Shown here: piece by piece, positions 25,415 to 39,042 of the stretch
Position numbering within the stretch: position 1 is the first letter of the stretch
Layout: each line of letters starts with the position of its first letter
NCBI GenBank assembly: GCA_029717555.1
Contig: JAMDHS010000113.1
Coordinates: forward strand, 1-60,458
Source of the DNA: Peribolospora baueri
Lineage: Eukaryota
Length of the DNA: 60,458 bases
Direction of reading: 5' to 3'
Program-made: the position numbers and the translations under genes
The notes under the pieces: model-generated
Database searches by the model: none
Told to the model about the DNA's origin: nothing
What the model saw: only the letters and a program-made list of their open reading frames with translations

Positions 25415-28399
25415 CTAAGGCGAGGCCGTCTGACCCGTTTTCTCCTTGATCGATTGAACAATGTTATACACGATGGTGGCGACGATGATAGCTGTGGTGA
25501 CGCCGCACTCTACTATTGCCACCCATGTTGGGCGGACATACTCTGACCGGGAAAGAAACGGGAAGGCCTTGAACAGCGTGCGATGGTGGGAACTCATCGC
25601 GCTCCCGCGACCGACGCTTCGGACGGAAGAAGAGAGCCTGTCGAGGCGCGATCGAACAGAGGTCGACCGCGAGGGCGTAGATACGACGCGATGCAAGTCC
25701 GTCGCGCCGTGTTCCCCAGACGACCGGGGAGGTGGCCGTGACTCGGACGTGTCGATTTCTTGAAATGATATCGACCTCCTGCGCAGTCTTTCGCCCGCTT
25801 CTGACTGCGACGAGGTTGCGTAGGGGGCCATGGGGCCCAGAGACGAGCTAGTCGCTTCCACCTGCTCAACCTTGAGCGGCGGCACAGCGAGCCCAGAGGC
25901 AGACGTCTCTGCTTGGCTCAAGGGCTGATCACCGACGGAAGGATCGTCATCCGTTTCCTGCTCGCTCGCAGGCTCTATCGTCAAAGTAAAAGCAGCCGCG
26001 GATGGCTGTTCTTCGAGATCGTCACCAGCAAGCTGACGATCTGAATGTCGAGCCTCTGAGCTACCGTCACGACCCACGGGCGCCGGGGAGAGACGTCCCG
26101 TTCCACGGTTCACAGGCGACGGGGAGAGACGTTCCGCTCCACGGTCCACAGTCGGAAGCTTTGGCTCAACCTCCTGCGCACCGCCGTCGTCGGCGCCTGT
26201 GTCGTCTAACGGAATAAGGCCGCCTTCAGAATTTCGCCGGTGAGTAGGCCTCTCGCCATAATGTCTGTGAATAGAGGGCGATCGAACTTGTCGAACTATG
26301 CCAGTCTTGGTCGGCGTAGACATGAATGAGGCCACATAAGGTGTGTCTTCATCGACTTCCTCTTCCTTGTCATCGATTGGCGTCGAGGGAACGATGGCGC
26401 AGCCAGGAGCAGACGAGTGGTCGTGTGACGGTTCAGGTGCGGCTATGTGGGATCGAACCGAGCCAGCTTGAGATCTCGGTCTCATAGTTGACCTCGATGT
26501 GCGACGGGATGGAGAAGCGGGCAGGTCCGCCATCATCGCTTCTCCATCGGACGGGTCGAGAGGGCGCAAGTTAAACTCGTCGACATCTGGGTCGGCGCGG
26601 GATCGAGAGCGCATACGAGGTGAGCAATCCTCGACCTTTTCGGTGTAACATCGTCGTCCGAACGGACAGAGATAACGTACCTGCCTGCGAGCCGAGAATG
26701 GCCGAAGCGCGGTATCGTTTGGAAACGACGTACAACAAGAACGGCACGATGAGATTGGCGGAAGAGGAGAAGACGAGGGACGCCCAGTTGAGGATGATGG
26801 TAATCCATCCCTGCGAGCAGGAGAGCCGTAAGGAAGAGAAAGACGCCGTTGAGAGGGAGGAAAGTCTAGGAGGAAGAGCTCGGAGCGGAAGGGTTGCCCT
26901 ACATTTGTTTGAAAAGGGATCACAATGAACCATGGAACGATGGAAGACCAGAACATGGCCCAAGGCTTCGAGCATATGTCGCCTCGCAGAAGATTATAGC
27001 GGACCACGATTGCGAACACGGGAATTGAGCTGATCAGGACGGCTGCGGGACGGAGGGAGAGCCGATATCGGTTAGCATCTTTTGCCGGTCTTGAGGGGAA
27101 GGGTGATATAAACCTACCAAGGGGAAAGAGATATGTAGAGACGAGGGCGACCTTGCTCGGCCGAGCGCTTGTGAGAACGTTGAGGATCGTGGAATCGTTG
27201 GTTATGGTAAATGCGGAGGCACCAGTCCACCCTATGACGATATACAAGATGCAGGAGACCCCGAGGGAGAGCCAGACGGCAAGGCGGAGATTGACAGAAG
27301 GATGGACGTTGTTGACCCATGCCGGAATAGTCGTGACCTGAGAAGGAGAGAATGAGAAAGGTAAATACGATCAATGCGACGGCGCGCTGGTTGCAAACTA
27401 GCGGCCAGCAAGACGCCATGCACGCACAACTGCAAAGTTGCTCAAGACGAAACCAACGAGTGTGCCCTGGTTGGGACCAACCACGGATACGTGTTGATTG
27501 TCGATGCCGACTTCGAAGAAAGTGACAATCCAGACGGCGGCGATGAAGAAGAGGGTGAGGAGGGATGCGATCTGGAACTTGATGTTGTCGGTCAGGTGAA
27601 CGAGGCTGAGAGGCAAGACGAGGGCGAGAGTGACCTAGACGAGACAATTCCCCTCAGTATAGATGCGCGTATCGACGGGCAACAAAACACTCACCAAGAA
27701 TCCGAAACTGACGAAGATGTAGTCGGAAAATGGGCTGCTGTTGCCTGAAGGGATGCTAACTGTGGGGCGGAAGCAGCAGAGATGAGAGGAGGGGAAATCC
27801 GCACAAAAGGAGGGGACAACCTACCGCATTCCCAGCCCTTCTGAAAGCTGACCGCGCAAGTCTTGTGGAAAATCTCGATGATCAGCGCGTCCATGCTCTG
27901 GTGAACAAACGTGAAAGGGGCATCAACAAGCGCGTCAAGGCGGACGGAGAGACGGGAAAGGCCGAGAAATCACCTGAAACGACTCGATCAGACTGGTGAC
28001 CGTCAAGCTCTGGAGAGCGACGTAAAGGACGATCTGGACGAACCAGTGCCAACGGCGGCCGAGGAAGAGCTCGGCGATAGTAGTGTACTCGATCGACGCT
28101 TGAAACGCCTCGTTGCCTTCGATGGACGACATTGCTTCGACCAGGAAGAGAGCGGCGGACCCAGTGAGAATGGTTACGAGGAACATCATGACGAGAGGCC
28201 TGGAAGAGAAGACACGACGGAAGAAAGGCGGCGGGCATGAGCAGGGCGCGCGCGGGGGACGGCGAGGCGGGCGAGAGGCAACGACGCACGTCAACCATCC
28301 TGCCTGCTGATAGAGGAGCGGGATCACCGCAACGGCGGGTCCGGTGAGGCCCGATATGAGCAGAGCCAGACTGCCAAAGAACTTGATGGTGCCCGGCAT
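25415..28399 (-). CDS. Amino acid/auxin permease (AAAP)-family transporter with a long hydrophilic C-terminal insert
   Basis: MPGTIKFFGSLALLISGLTGP..IPLLYQQAGW, EAMSSIEGNEAFQASIEY and SSIPVFAIVVRYNL; several hydrophobic exons; a last TM helix after a Ser/Pro-rich loop. Confidence 0.8.
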
Positions 28400-28751
28400 C
28401 GAGGGCGAGCGTGACCTGGCGTCGTGGAAGGGCCGCTTTGCGAAAGGACGTCGACCTCGACGTCGACCCTCAAGGTGTGTGTAGCGCGCCAGCTGTGTTC
28501 CGAAAACAGAATAGAGCATTAGCACTTGTGTTACCTAAGACAATAGGCGGGCATAGACGGAGATGATGGGGGATGTTCCACGCGACAAACCATTCACGTG
28601 ACACGTGCCGCAGCCCATGCGAGATGAGCCTCTCCACGTGGTTAGGATGATCGGCAGCTCGGATTTCTCGAGTCGACATCGAACGGCAAACGGCTTCGAC
28701 GTCGGACGGCGACGACGACTTTGATCGACCAAGGCGACGACGACGGCGGCA

Positions 28752-30340
28752 ATGTTGGAGAGATTGTCTTCCGCGCCCCTGCACGCCTCTCTGCGTGCCT
28801 TCGCTCGACGGACCGCTCTTGCGCCCGTCACAGCTGCTCCACGCCGCTCTCTCCCTGCGCTGCCACCCGTCTGGCCTTTGCCCAAGAAGAATGTTCGCAC
28901 GGGCATCATCAGGCCGACGACGTCGGCTTTCTCCTCTCGCCCCTTCTCCACCTACCCACCCGTCCGCTCGGCTGCGTCGGGATCACGGACGTCTTCGTCG
29001 GGCAAGCAACGCCGGATCTACCTGTCCCCTACGACACTAGTCCTCGTTTGCGTTCCCCTCCTCACGTTCGCCCTCGGAGTGTGGCAGGTGAGGAGGCTCC
29101 GATGGAAGGTGAACCTCATTCAGGAGCTCGAAGATAAGCTGCACAGGGAGCCCATGTCCTTGCCGAGGAGGATCAAGTGCGTCTGGCTTGTCTTTGTTTG
29201 GTCTTCCCTTCAGACAAATCGGTTAGAGCGCAGCACTGACGGAGACGTCTCCATTTCCATTGCCCGATTACCCGCCCCTCCGTCCGGTCTTTTCTCTCTC
29301 GCCGTTCCTCCCCGTGGACGGGGGACATTGGAACGGCTCTGTAACAGCTTTGAAGCGCTGCCCGAGTTTGCCTATCGTCTCGTCCGTCTGACCGGTCGCT
29401 TCGACGAGGGCCGGTCCATGTTCGTCGGTCCAAAGGTGCGGGAGGGCGTTAACGGCTACCATGTCGTGACGCCGTTCGAGCGAGAGGGCGGCGGAGGCAA
29501 GGTGCTCGTCAATCGGGGCTTTGTGGACGGTAGGAAGGTGCGGGACGTGGGCGGTGGAAGGAAGGCGTTGGTCGGGCCTGCCGAGGTGCGCTGCGCGCGG
29601 TTTTTTTCTTCTTTCTACAGCACCGCTTCGGAGATCGAAGAAGACATATGGACGTTGAACATGCTTCTTTTTCTTTTTCACACCCTCCCCCTTGACCGAT
29701 ACAAGTCCGGTCCAGTGAGCTTTGTAGCGATGCTCCGCACAGCCACGCGCCCAAACATGTTCACCCCCGCCAACGACCCGGCGACCAACACATGGTACTG
29801 GACCGACGTGGACGCCATGAGCCAGTTCAGCTCGACGGGGGACGTGAAGGACGAGGAGACGCGCGTCCTTCCCGTCTTGCTCGATCAGGTATTCGGTGAG
29901 CCGACTTGACTTGACTTGGGTACGTGGCTTGACCGAAGGGAAACCAACCAACTAACCAACGTCCGTCCGTCCTTCCTTCCTTCCTTCCTCCCTCGTTTCG
30001 CCTCACTTCTTACCATCCTGACGCAACGCAACGCAACCCAAGACGGCAACGCCGGCGAGGCCTCGGCCCGCGTCGCCAAGGGCGTCCCCGTGGGACGCGC
30101 GCCTTCGATCGAGCTGAGGAACCAGCATCTGACGTACGCCGTGACATGGTGAGCGAAGTTGGCGCAGCAGCACAGCAAAAAAGAAAAAGAAAAAAAGAAG
30201 AAAAAGCAAGAAGAGGGAAGGAGGAAAGCCGGTTCGAACCGGATCTCATCCTCTTCCTTCCTTCCTCGTCTTGCAGGTTTTCGCTCTCCGGCGCCACCTC
30301 TCTCATGCTCTTCCGTCTCTTGCGGAGAGGGCACAGCTGA
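28752..30340 (+). CDS. SHY1: SURF1/Shy1 cytochrome c oxidase assembly protein
   Basis: Mitochondrial presequence-like N-terminus; motifs TFALGVWQVRRLRWK, GYHVVTPF, LVNRGFV, WYWTDV and LRNQHLTYAVTWFSLS. Confidence 0.93.
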
Positions 30341-31652
30341 GCTAGGCAAGCGAGCCGAAACGGAACGGAACGGACGTAGGCTCGCCTCGCCTCGCCTCGT
30401 GGGCGTGTAGCTAGCGGGAGAACGGGAAGGTGCTCCAAGGGAATGAACGAACGAATGGAATGTTACTCGTCCCCCCCACATGGAAAACGAGAGCCGCACG
30501 GCCGGCCCGAAAGGAGAAGAAGGAAAAGGCGGAGGAAGAAGGACCTCCACACTGGGAGTGTCGAAGGAAGACCAGCCATGAAAGGGGAAAGAAAGGGACG
30601 AGGAAAGGGAGACGGGCGTTGAAGGGGGAAAACAACGTGCGTGGATGGACGGACGATGAGGACAGGACGGGGGAGGACAAGAAGAAGGCGAAGACGGCGG
30701 GCGGGCGGGGGACAAGACGGGACGGGACCAGACGGATGATGACGACGACGAGGAAACACAGACTACATGGGTTTTGGTCTTGGCATGGAACTAACTACCT
30801 GGACGGGACTGCGCGGGAGCCGGTGCCGATACGAGAGTGGAGGACGGGGGGGACATGAGCTCGGAGGCGACAGGACAGGTGCGGCGGGCAGGCGCCGAAA
30901 TGAGAACGAAGGCGACGGCCAGCCGTTGGTTGGTTGATTGGGGGGGGATCCGTACCAGCGATCGAACGAGGCGGACGAAGGAGCATTGACGAGCGAGTGA
31001 ACAATGGCGGAAAGGTGGGTGGCGTGGCGTGGACGGATGGAAGGGTGGGATCAGATCATAAAGCTATCCCCTGTAGGTGGGGGAGCGGGGCAAATGCGGG
31101 GTGGTCGCGAGTCGGAAGAGCGCGAGAGAGTGCCCAATGCGTGCAAGACGGTGACGGACAACAATGCGGTGCGGAATGCAGGGCAGACAACAAGAGGCGG
31201 GTGGTTAGAAGGCAAAGGCGGTCACATATCATAGCTGTTGTAGCAGCCATGAAGCGACAAAAGAATGAAAAAATGAGAGGGCAGGCGAAGGGGGGGAAGA
31301 AGAGGGAGAGTAAAGGAGAGAGGAGCGAGAGAGCGAGAAGGGCAGCGGAGAAAGAAACGACGAAAAAAGAAAGAAGGGTAGAGAGAAGGAGCGGAGAGAG
31401 GGCGAGGTCGAGGTCGAGGGCGAAAAGATGAGAGCAGTACGGGGAAAAGGAGCGAGGAGAAAAGGAGCAAGCGTTTGGTTAGACGCGCTTCTTACTTCTT
31501 AGGCCATATGGACGCCTAGACATGCGGAGAGGAAAGGGGGGAACGGAGGATGGGAAGACCCTCGCCGTCGGAACGGGCGGAGGGAGGGATCGCGGGGGGG
31601 AAGGGGAAGGGGGAGAGAATGCCCACATTTGAGCTGACGATTGAGATGCAAC

Positions 31653-34179
31653 TCACGTCAGACCAGTATTACGTAGGTTGCTGAGCAGGCCGGAGGGGAA
31701 GGGGACACAGGCGATGGTGTTCCGTTACGAAAAAGGTGCAAGATGAGTATCAACATGCAATGGTCGCGCGACGTCTCGGCGGGCGCGTGCGCCAACGACT
31801 TACTTCCTCAGGATGGTATCATTGACGCTGAGTAGGATAGCTTTGATTTGCTTGGTGGACTGGCGAGCGGAACGGGGGGAAGGGGGGGGGGAAAACAAGT
31901 GAGTCGAAACGGGGGGGGGACGAGTGAGTCAAAACGGCGGACGGGACGGGGGGAGCAGAGAAAAGGAGAGGGAACAGACAGTGGCGACGGTGGTGTGGAC
32001 GTATATCGGGCGCTGCGGCGCGGCGGAGCGTCTGCTGCTGACGACGGCGCGGAAACGGGAGCGGAAGTACCTCCAGACATAATCTTGCTCGTTTGGGCCT
32101 TGGGGGAAGGGGAGAAGCGAGACGGGGGTTCAAGTCAGGACCGGGACGAGGCAAAGAAAGAAAAGCGACGACGGGACTGACCATCATAATCCGGGAAATA
32201 ATCCTTAACCTGAATACCAGCCCTAAGCTTCTTATCAAGGATATCAATCTTGTTCAAAAACAGCACCAACGAGACGCTGTTCAGAAGCGGGTTGGAGACG
32301 ATCTGGGAAAAGAGTTCGAGCGAGTCGTTGATCCTGTTCACGCTCGGGTCTTCGACGAGCGTTTGGTCAAAGGCCGAGATGGGGGCTAGGAAGATGATGG
32401 CGTGGGCGTCGTCAAAGTAGGGTACCCAGAAGCTGCGCTGGTTGCGGCTGCCGCCGACGTCGCAGATGCGGTAGGCGATGTTCTTGTCCACGACGAAGCG
32501 CTCCTCGGTGATGCCGACGGTGCGAACGCGAGCGTGCAAGATGTCGTCTGTGGGGAAGAGCGTGCCGTCAGCGTTCGTTCCACATGCGCCAGTCCAGGTT
32601 CGTCGATCATCGAAAAGCGGCGCCGGTCTCACCATCGGTCGGGAAGTAGTCCGGGTCCGCGATGCGGTCGATGTTGTCGAGGAAGCTAGGATGGAGGGAG
32701 AAAAGAGGTGAAAGAGCCAATTAGCGAAAAGCCTGCGAAAAGCAAGAGGAAGGACCGGGATGGAGGACTCACTAGACGGCCGAATCCATGTGATCAAGGC
32801 TGCCGCGCTTCCTCAACATGCGCACCAGCGGGTCCTTCCAGAGGTCGTGGATGTCACCCTTGGTCGCGCTCAGCATCCTCGCAGGGTCTTCCTCCCTGCT
32901 CAGTGGGGTCTCCCCCCACCTGTCGTGGGCGTGAGAATAGCTCTTCGAACGATCCCGGCTCGTCGGACTACTGGCCGACTCGCTCGTTCCGTGCGCCGCG
33001 GCCATGGCGGCCGCTCCCGACGGCATGGGCGGAAGGTTAGCGGATCCATCACCGGCCGAGGAAGGCTTGCGAGATGCAAGAGCGGAAGAGGACTTTCGGC
33101 GGCCGAGAGAAGGGATCCGGAGACCGCCACCACCCCCACCACCGCTGCCGGCGGACTGCGTTGTCGGGGATTCGGAGTCTTCGTTACCGGACGCGCTGGG
33201 CGAGTCGCCGCGGTAGAGGCTTCCCATGTCGCTGCCCTGGTCTTCCGAGCTTTTGCCGAGCTTGCTCAACAGGCGGTCCTGCCAACCGGCGCGGAGGAGG
33301 AGGGTGCTGCCTTTGGTGGCCTTGTCGCCGGGAGTGGAGGCGCCGGAGCGGGCCCAGCCGGCAGAAGGACCGCCGAAAGCGTCGTCACTGAGATCGACCT
33401 CGTCGCCAGCGGCTCCGAGCCGACGACGGAGGCCGGGCTCGAGGGAGAGGAGAGGGGCGAAGCGGAGACGGGCGAAGAGGGCCTTGTTGCCGCTCGAAGC
33501 GGCGGCGGCGGGTGCCTGGCCGGACTGGCGTTGAGGGCTCGCCGGAGCGGCGGGGTCGACGGGGGAAGCTGCTGCTCGTCGGAGGGAGCTGGTGGTGAGT
33601 TCGCGGTCGATGGGCAGGGTGGGCGAAGACTGTCCACGCTCCTCCTCCTCGTAGGCGTCGAGGGCCTCCACGAGGCAGCGGACGGCCATGATGACGTTGA
33701 GCTGGACGAGAGCGCGCCAGCTGTAGCGCTCCCGATCATGGGCCGCGGGGTTGTACAAGAGCCGCATCTGTGGGAGAGGAGGGGGAGAGGAGAAGTGAAT
33801 CCAACCGTCCGTCTCGATCGACGTCATCGCCAGCGCGTGCTGACCTGTTTCAAGATGGTCGTCTTGCCGGCGGCGGCTTGACCTGCATGGGGAGAAGGGA
33901 GGAGGTCATGAGACACGACGCGGGGGAACAGCGGCGGGAGAGAAGGTACTGACCGAGAAGGAGCATCTTAAACTCGGAGCTTCTCTCCTTCTTCCATCGC
34001 GCCGCCTCTTCCTTGAGCTTCTTGTCGATCTCCTCGCTAATCCGCTTGGCTTCGGCCTCGGCCTTGAGGCGGTCCGCTTTCTGGGCGGGTGTCTCGCCTG
34101 GGGGGGGCCGGAGGACGGAGGCGAAGGGGTCGTCGGAGAGGGAGGTGCGGTGTGTCGGCGATTGCAAGGCCGACGGCAT
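31653..34179 (-). CDS. Atypical heterotrimeric G-protein alpha subunit (basidiomycete Gpa4-like); 3' end approximate
   Basis: EAKRISEEIDKKL; P-loop LLLGQAAAGKTTILKQMR (split by introns); DDILHARVRTVGI; DVGGSRNQR; FLNKID; VHTTVAT; C-terminal helix IKAILLSVNDTILRNNLRNTGL. Confidence 0.88.
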
Positions 34180-35417
34180 GGCGGGCGGAGGGGGGGATGG
34201 TCGACGACGAGGGCGTCGGCGAGGACGCGTGCGAGAAGGAGGGAAGTGTGCTGGCGGGACGAAGAAAAAAAAAGTAAAGAAAAAAAAGGGACGGGGGATG
34301 GAATGAGGAAAAAGGGCGGGGCGGGAATAGATGGGGTGCCGAGTTGGCGTGCGTGCCTGCCACACGCTCGGTCGGTCGGTCGGTGGCTCTGGCGAAGGGG
34401 AGGTGAAGAGGAGGGGTGTGGAGGAAGAAGGGAAGCGGTGGTGGGTGTAGAGAGAGGAGGAAGGGAATTTTGGAGGCTAGTGAGCGGGGCTGTCTAGCGA
34501 GGTGCAACGCCCCCACCCATTTGCGGCGGCGTCGGCGGCGGCGGCAAAGGGACGCCGTCTTGTTAGAACGGGTCGTCGATCGTTCCCATTCATCTCGTCT
34601 CGCTCTCGTTCGCGCTCTCCCTCAGTCTCGCTCGCTCGCTCGCTCTCTCTATCTCTCTCACCTTTCGCTGCGCTGCTTCGGTTCAATCCGGCCTGCGGAG
34701 TTGTTAGAGTTGCGCTCTCGCTCTCGGAGGGAGGGGGATGACGGGGGACTTGTAGGTAGGAGCGGTGGTGGTGGTGTACAGTGCTGGAGAGACGTCGGTG
34801 GGTGCGGAAGGGGGGAGGAACGACGGCGGAAGAAAGTAGGGATGGAGGTGGAGGTGGACGGTGGACGGTGGACGGTGGATAAGGGACGAAGGACGGAGGA
34901 CAAGGGACGAAGGACGAAGGACGGGATTATGGATTATGGATTATGGATGGTGGTGGTGACGAGCAGGCAGGGGTGAGCGACAAGGGCGAAGGCGAGGGCG
35001 TCGGGAGAAGAAGGGCGGGCGCTGGCGGGCGATGGTGCGGGGACGAGGGAGGAGAAGTGAGACTGGAGAGTGTCAGACTGAAATCACGCACGCCGAGACA
35101 GACAAGACAGACTCTGATAGACGCAGACAGACAGACAGACTGTGATAGACTGACAAGACTGACAAGACCGATGACTGTCAGAAAGAAGGTAAAGGAAACG
35201 CCGTCCACTTTCACAACCGTCTACGTTTCTAAGTTCTGTAAGTGTAATTAATCTCTGCGGCCGACTAGCTAGCCATTCGGACACATGCTACTGTATGTGC
35301 TTAAGTGACATGACGAACGCGACTGGCTAGGTAAGGAAAGTCAAGGCGTGGGAGGGTAGCAGGGTAGGGCAGGGCAAGCAAGCAGGCTAAACCCAAGTTT
35401 AAGGAAGGAGGGGAGGA

Positions 35418-35432
35418 AGAAAGAAAAAAGGA

Positions 35433-35468
<36 letters not shown>

Positions 35469-35477
35469 AAAAAAAAG
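35418..35477. repeat. (GAAA)n / A-rich microsatellite in the divergent intergenic region
   Basis: About 10 GAAA units flanked by A runs. Confidence 0.85.
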
Positions 35478-36473
35478 GCCTTGCCCGCTCGTTCGTTGGC
35501 TGATCGTTGGCTCGCCTCCGTCTCCGTCGGCGCCGCCAGCAGATAGATATTGTAGATGTACTTCATACCGCCCACAGTAGCACTACTGTACAGCACTACC
35601 ACCGCCACCGCCACCAGCGCCATCACATCACGTACCACCCCCCGCGTTTGTCCCTTCCTCGGTACCTCCTAGTTCATTTCAGCACGCCCACCGCCTCGGG
35701 CGCCGGCCTCCTTAGCCCGCCCGCTCCGTTAGCGGACAGACGGCTGAGCAGGATGGCGGACTAGACTAGAGCGCGGAGGGAGGGAGGCAGGGAGGGCGTG
35801 CGGGTGTGTGTAAGCTATGCAATGCACTTCTCCACGTAGCTTTCTCGAGTACGTACAGGGTATAACGAGAAACCGCGAGCCGTCCATCTTTTTTTCTTCT
35901 GTCCGTCTGTCTGTCTTTCTGTCCATCTGTCGGTCGGTCGACATACGCACACGAAGAGCGTCCGTCGACAAGCGGCGCTCGCTCTAGTTTGCTGCCGTAC
36001 GGTACATTACATACAGCACGATCACCATATACACAATCTACGCCACTTCCATGCTCGGTCAGCCTTTCAACGTATACACACATACGTACACACGACGCCC
36101 CGCCCCGCCCCGCAGTCCCACCGCTGGTTTGGCTTGCGGCTTGCACCCACCCATCTTTTGCTCCTTGCCGCAACGCGCGGGTCTAGGACCTACATACAGC
36201 AAGGACGGACGGCGGACGGCCGGACGGACGGATGGAGAGGGCGTGTCTCGGTGGCCGTCCGTCAGCCCCCGCTCCTCCGCACCGTCCCAATCTTCTCACA
36301 CGATGGATCACTCTTGCTTGCACGTACCGCTGCCGCAGTCGACGACCACAGCCGCAGTCGATCGGCCTCCCCGTGCCTGGCCTCGCCCGACCCGGTCCCA
36401 AGAAGAAGCAATCCACCTACCCCATCTCACCGACCTGACCTGACCTGACCTGACAAAGCACAGCACATCCGCA

Positions 36474-38706
36474 ATGACGGCCGCCGTCCAGGCGACGACG
36501 CGCGCCCCTCCGCCGCCACCGCCGCCGCCGCCTCCGGACAGCAGGCCGTACCAGTGCCACTACTTCCTGCCGCGCAAGGGACGGTACTGCAGCTTGCGAG
36601 CTTCGTATGGGAATTGGTGTGGAGGTGAGTGATGGCGGCGTCCTGGCGTGGTGGCATTGGGGAGGGATCGTCGTCGTCGTCGTCGTCGTCGTCGTTGATC
36701 CGCACATCTTGTACGGACCCACCGACCCACCGCCGCCCTCGTCCCCCGGCAGAGCATGTTCCCCAACCCCAGGCACCCGGCGCGTCCACCGCGTCCACCA
36801 GCAAGACCGCACCACCACCGCCGCTGCCGAGGCGCATCCCTTGTCCGTACGACCGCACGCACACCACCTTCGAGCACCTCCTCGACCGCCACCTCTCCCG
36901 CTGTAACGCCCGCCCCACCGCCCGCGCCCGTCAGCCGCAGTGGTTCGAGCACGACGCCAACGTCCTTTGTCCCGCTGCTCTTTCACGTCCGTGCCCAGAT
37001 GCGCTGGCAGAGATGGCGACGGTGACAGAGACGGAAACGGAGACGGAGACAGAGAAAGAGGCAGACCGACTGCGCGCGGAGCGCAGAAAGGCCAGGAGGG
37101 CAGCCCTTTTGGCCGCCCTTCAGGGAGGAGAGGCGCTAGCGTCTCTTGCGACGACCGTCGAGAGCGCTTATGACGCTCATGTAGGCCCGTTGGACCGCCG
37201 CGTCGAGGAGCACGAGGCGATGGACGAGCGATTGTGAGTCGGCGGTCGCCTTTCTCTTCATCTTCATCTTCTTCTTCTTCTTCTTCTTCCACACCTTTCT
37301 CACCGCCCTCCTTCTCTCCCCAATCACCTCAGAGAAGAGCTTACCGGTTGGAACTCGAAGCACGCCAAACAGCAAGGCTCCCTTCTCGGTCATGCCCGCA
37401 AGCGAGGCTGGCTTTCGTCCCCGTCCTCGTCCTCGTCCTCGTCAACGGCCTTTGTAGAGTTCGGTTGCGGCAGAGGTGAGCCCACCGCCCCGCCACCACT
37501 TCATCATCCCCCTTCCTCACCTCTTCTCTCCCCCGCCCCCACGACCCAGCCGAGCTCTCCCGTTACCTCTACCGTGCCCTCGACCCCTCCGTCCATTCCA
37601 CCTTTGTCCTCGTAGACCGCGGACCGGCGAGGAGAAAGGTGAGCCCTGCCTTGAGCCCATGCCCGCCTGCCTGCCCTTCCCCACCAGTCATTCCCCCCTC
37701 TTCTCACCATCACACCCCCTCGCTTTCGCTTTCTCGCCCGCCAGCACGACGTGTACATTCGCGAAGGCCGCGACCGCACCAAGCCGCCTCCGTTCTCGTC
37801 GTCGTCGTCCTCGTCGTCGTCCCCCTCGTTGCCCTCAAGCGGCAGAAAAGACACAAGCGCCCTGTCTCCGCGCCTCGCCCCGCCCCCTCACGTCGTCCAG
37901 CGCTTGCGCACGGATATCAAGGACCTCCGTCTCGCCCATGTCGACGCCGTCCACGCAGCCGGCTCCGTCGTCGGCTACTCTAAGCACCTCTGCGGGAGCG
38001 CGACGGATCTGACGCTGGAGTCTTTGAGGCGCTTTAAGCAAGATCGGCGACAGTGAGCTTTTTTCGTCGTACTCGATCCACCTTTGGTTTGCTTTTTCCT
38101 CGTGTCGACCGCCCCCGTTCTGTTCCCTCGATTTCGACCGCTGACGACGCGCTCTCTCTCCCTCGTCCGATATCAGCGCGCTGCGCGGCTTCTTCATCGC
38201 TCTTTGCTGTCATCACCGCTGCACGAGCGAGACGTACGTCGGGCGCGACTTTCTCCGCTCCCTCGGACTGCAGCTGCCGCCTTCTTTGGTCGACCTGGTC
38301 GACGAGCCGTCGGAGGGGACTGTGCCGGAGCTCGAGGTGCTCTCTGCCATCAGCTCGTGGTGGACCAGCGGCGACGGGAGGGGCGAGCATGGAGCGCCCG
38401 GAGACGGTCCGCCGGAGGCCCAAGGTCCGGCTCCGGCTGAGACGCCGTCCGCGGGCAGGTGAGTGTCGAACCAGTCCTTTCTCTTCCAGCAGGACGACCC
38501 TTTCTCACTCTCCCTTCCCTTCTCCACCCATCAGTATACCCTGGTCAAAGCGCCGTCGCATCGGCCTCCAAGCCAAACGCCTCCTCGATGCCGGCAGGCT
38601 CGCGTACGTCCGGCGCGAGCTTGGCTTGGATGCAGAGCTCGTCGAGTACGTCCCGCCGGAAGTGAGCTTGGAAAACGGCCTGTTGATAGCTTGGAGTCGA
38701 GAGTGA
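36474..38706 (+). CDS. TRM13: tRNA:m4X 2'-O-methyltransferase Trm13
   Basis: N-terminal CCCH finger (CHYFLPRKGRYC..WCGEH), CHHC finger (CPYDRTHT..HLSRC), RLRTDIKDL, SKHLCGSATDLTL, CCHH, and KRLLDAGR..YVPPEVSLEN. Confidence 0.9.
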
Positions 38707-39042
38707 CTGGTAGATTAGACGCTTGCGACACGCCTGTAGTGACTTGGACTTGGAAGGAGAGCTGCCCGTTTGGAAAGATGTGCAAAAAATGGGTGTTTTC
38801 TATACCTCAGTCCGTCGTGTTTGTCTCTCTTATTTTAGTAGTCAGTGCGCCTGGCCGTTCCAAGCCGGTCGGTGCCGCAGTCAGCCAGAGAGCGAGATGG
38901 ATGGAGAAGACAATCATCATCATCATCATCATCACTCGCAGTTCTTGTTCTTCCTCCTACACCCACCCTCGCCTTTTCCCATCCCGTCTCCGAGCTCGCG
39001 AGCACGCACACGCCCATCTCCCAGCCGCTTCGCCTCGCCTCC

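Noticed and set aside
30400..31600. ORFs in the purine-rich region between SHY1 and the G-alpha gene
   Set aside because: Low-complexity GA/CT-rich sequence typical of UTR or terminator DNA; the translations have no protein-like character.
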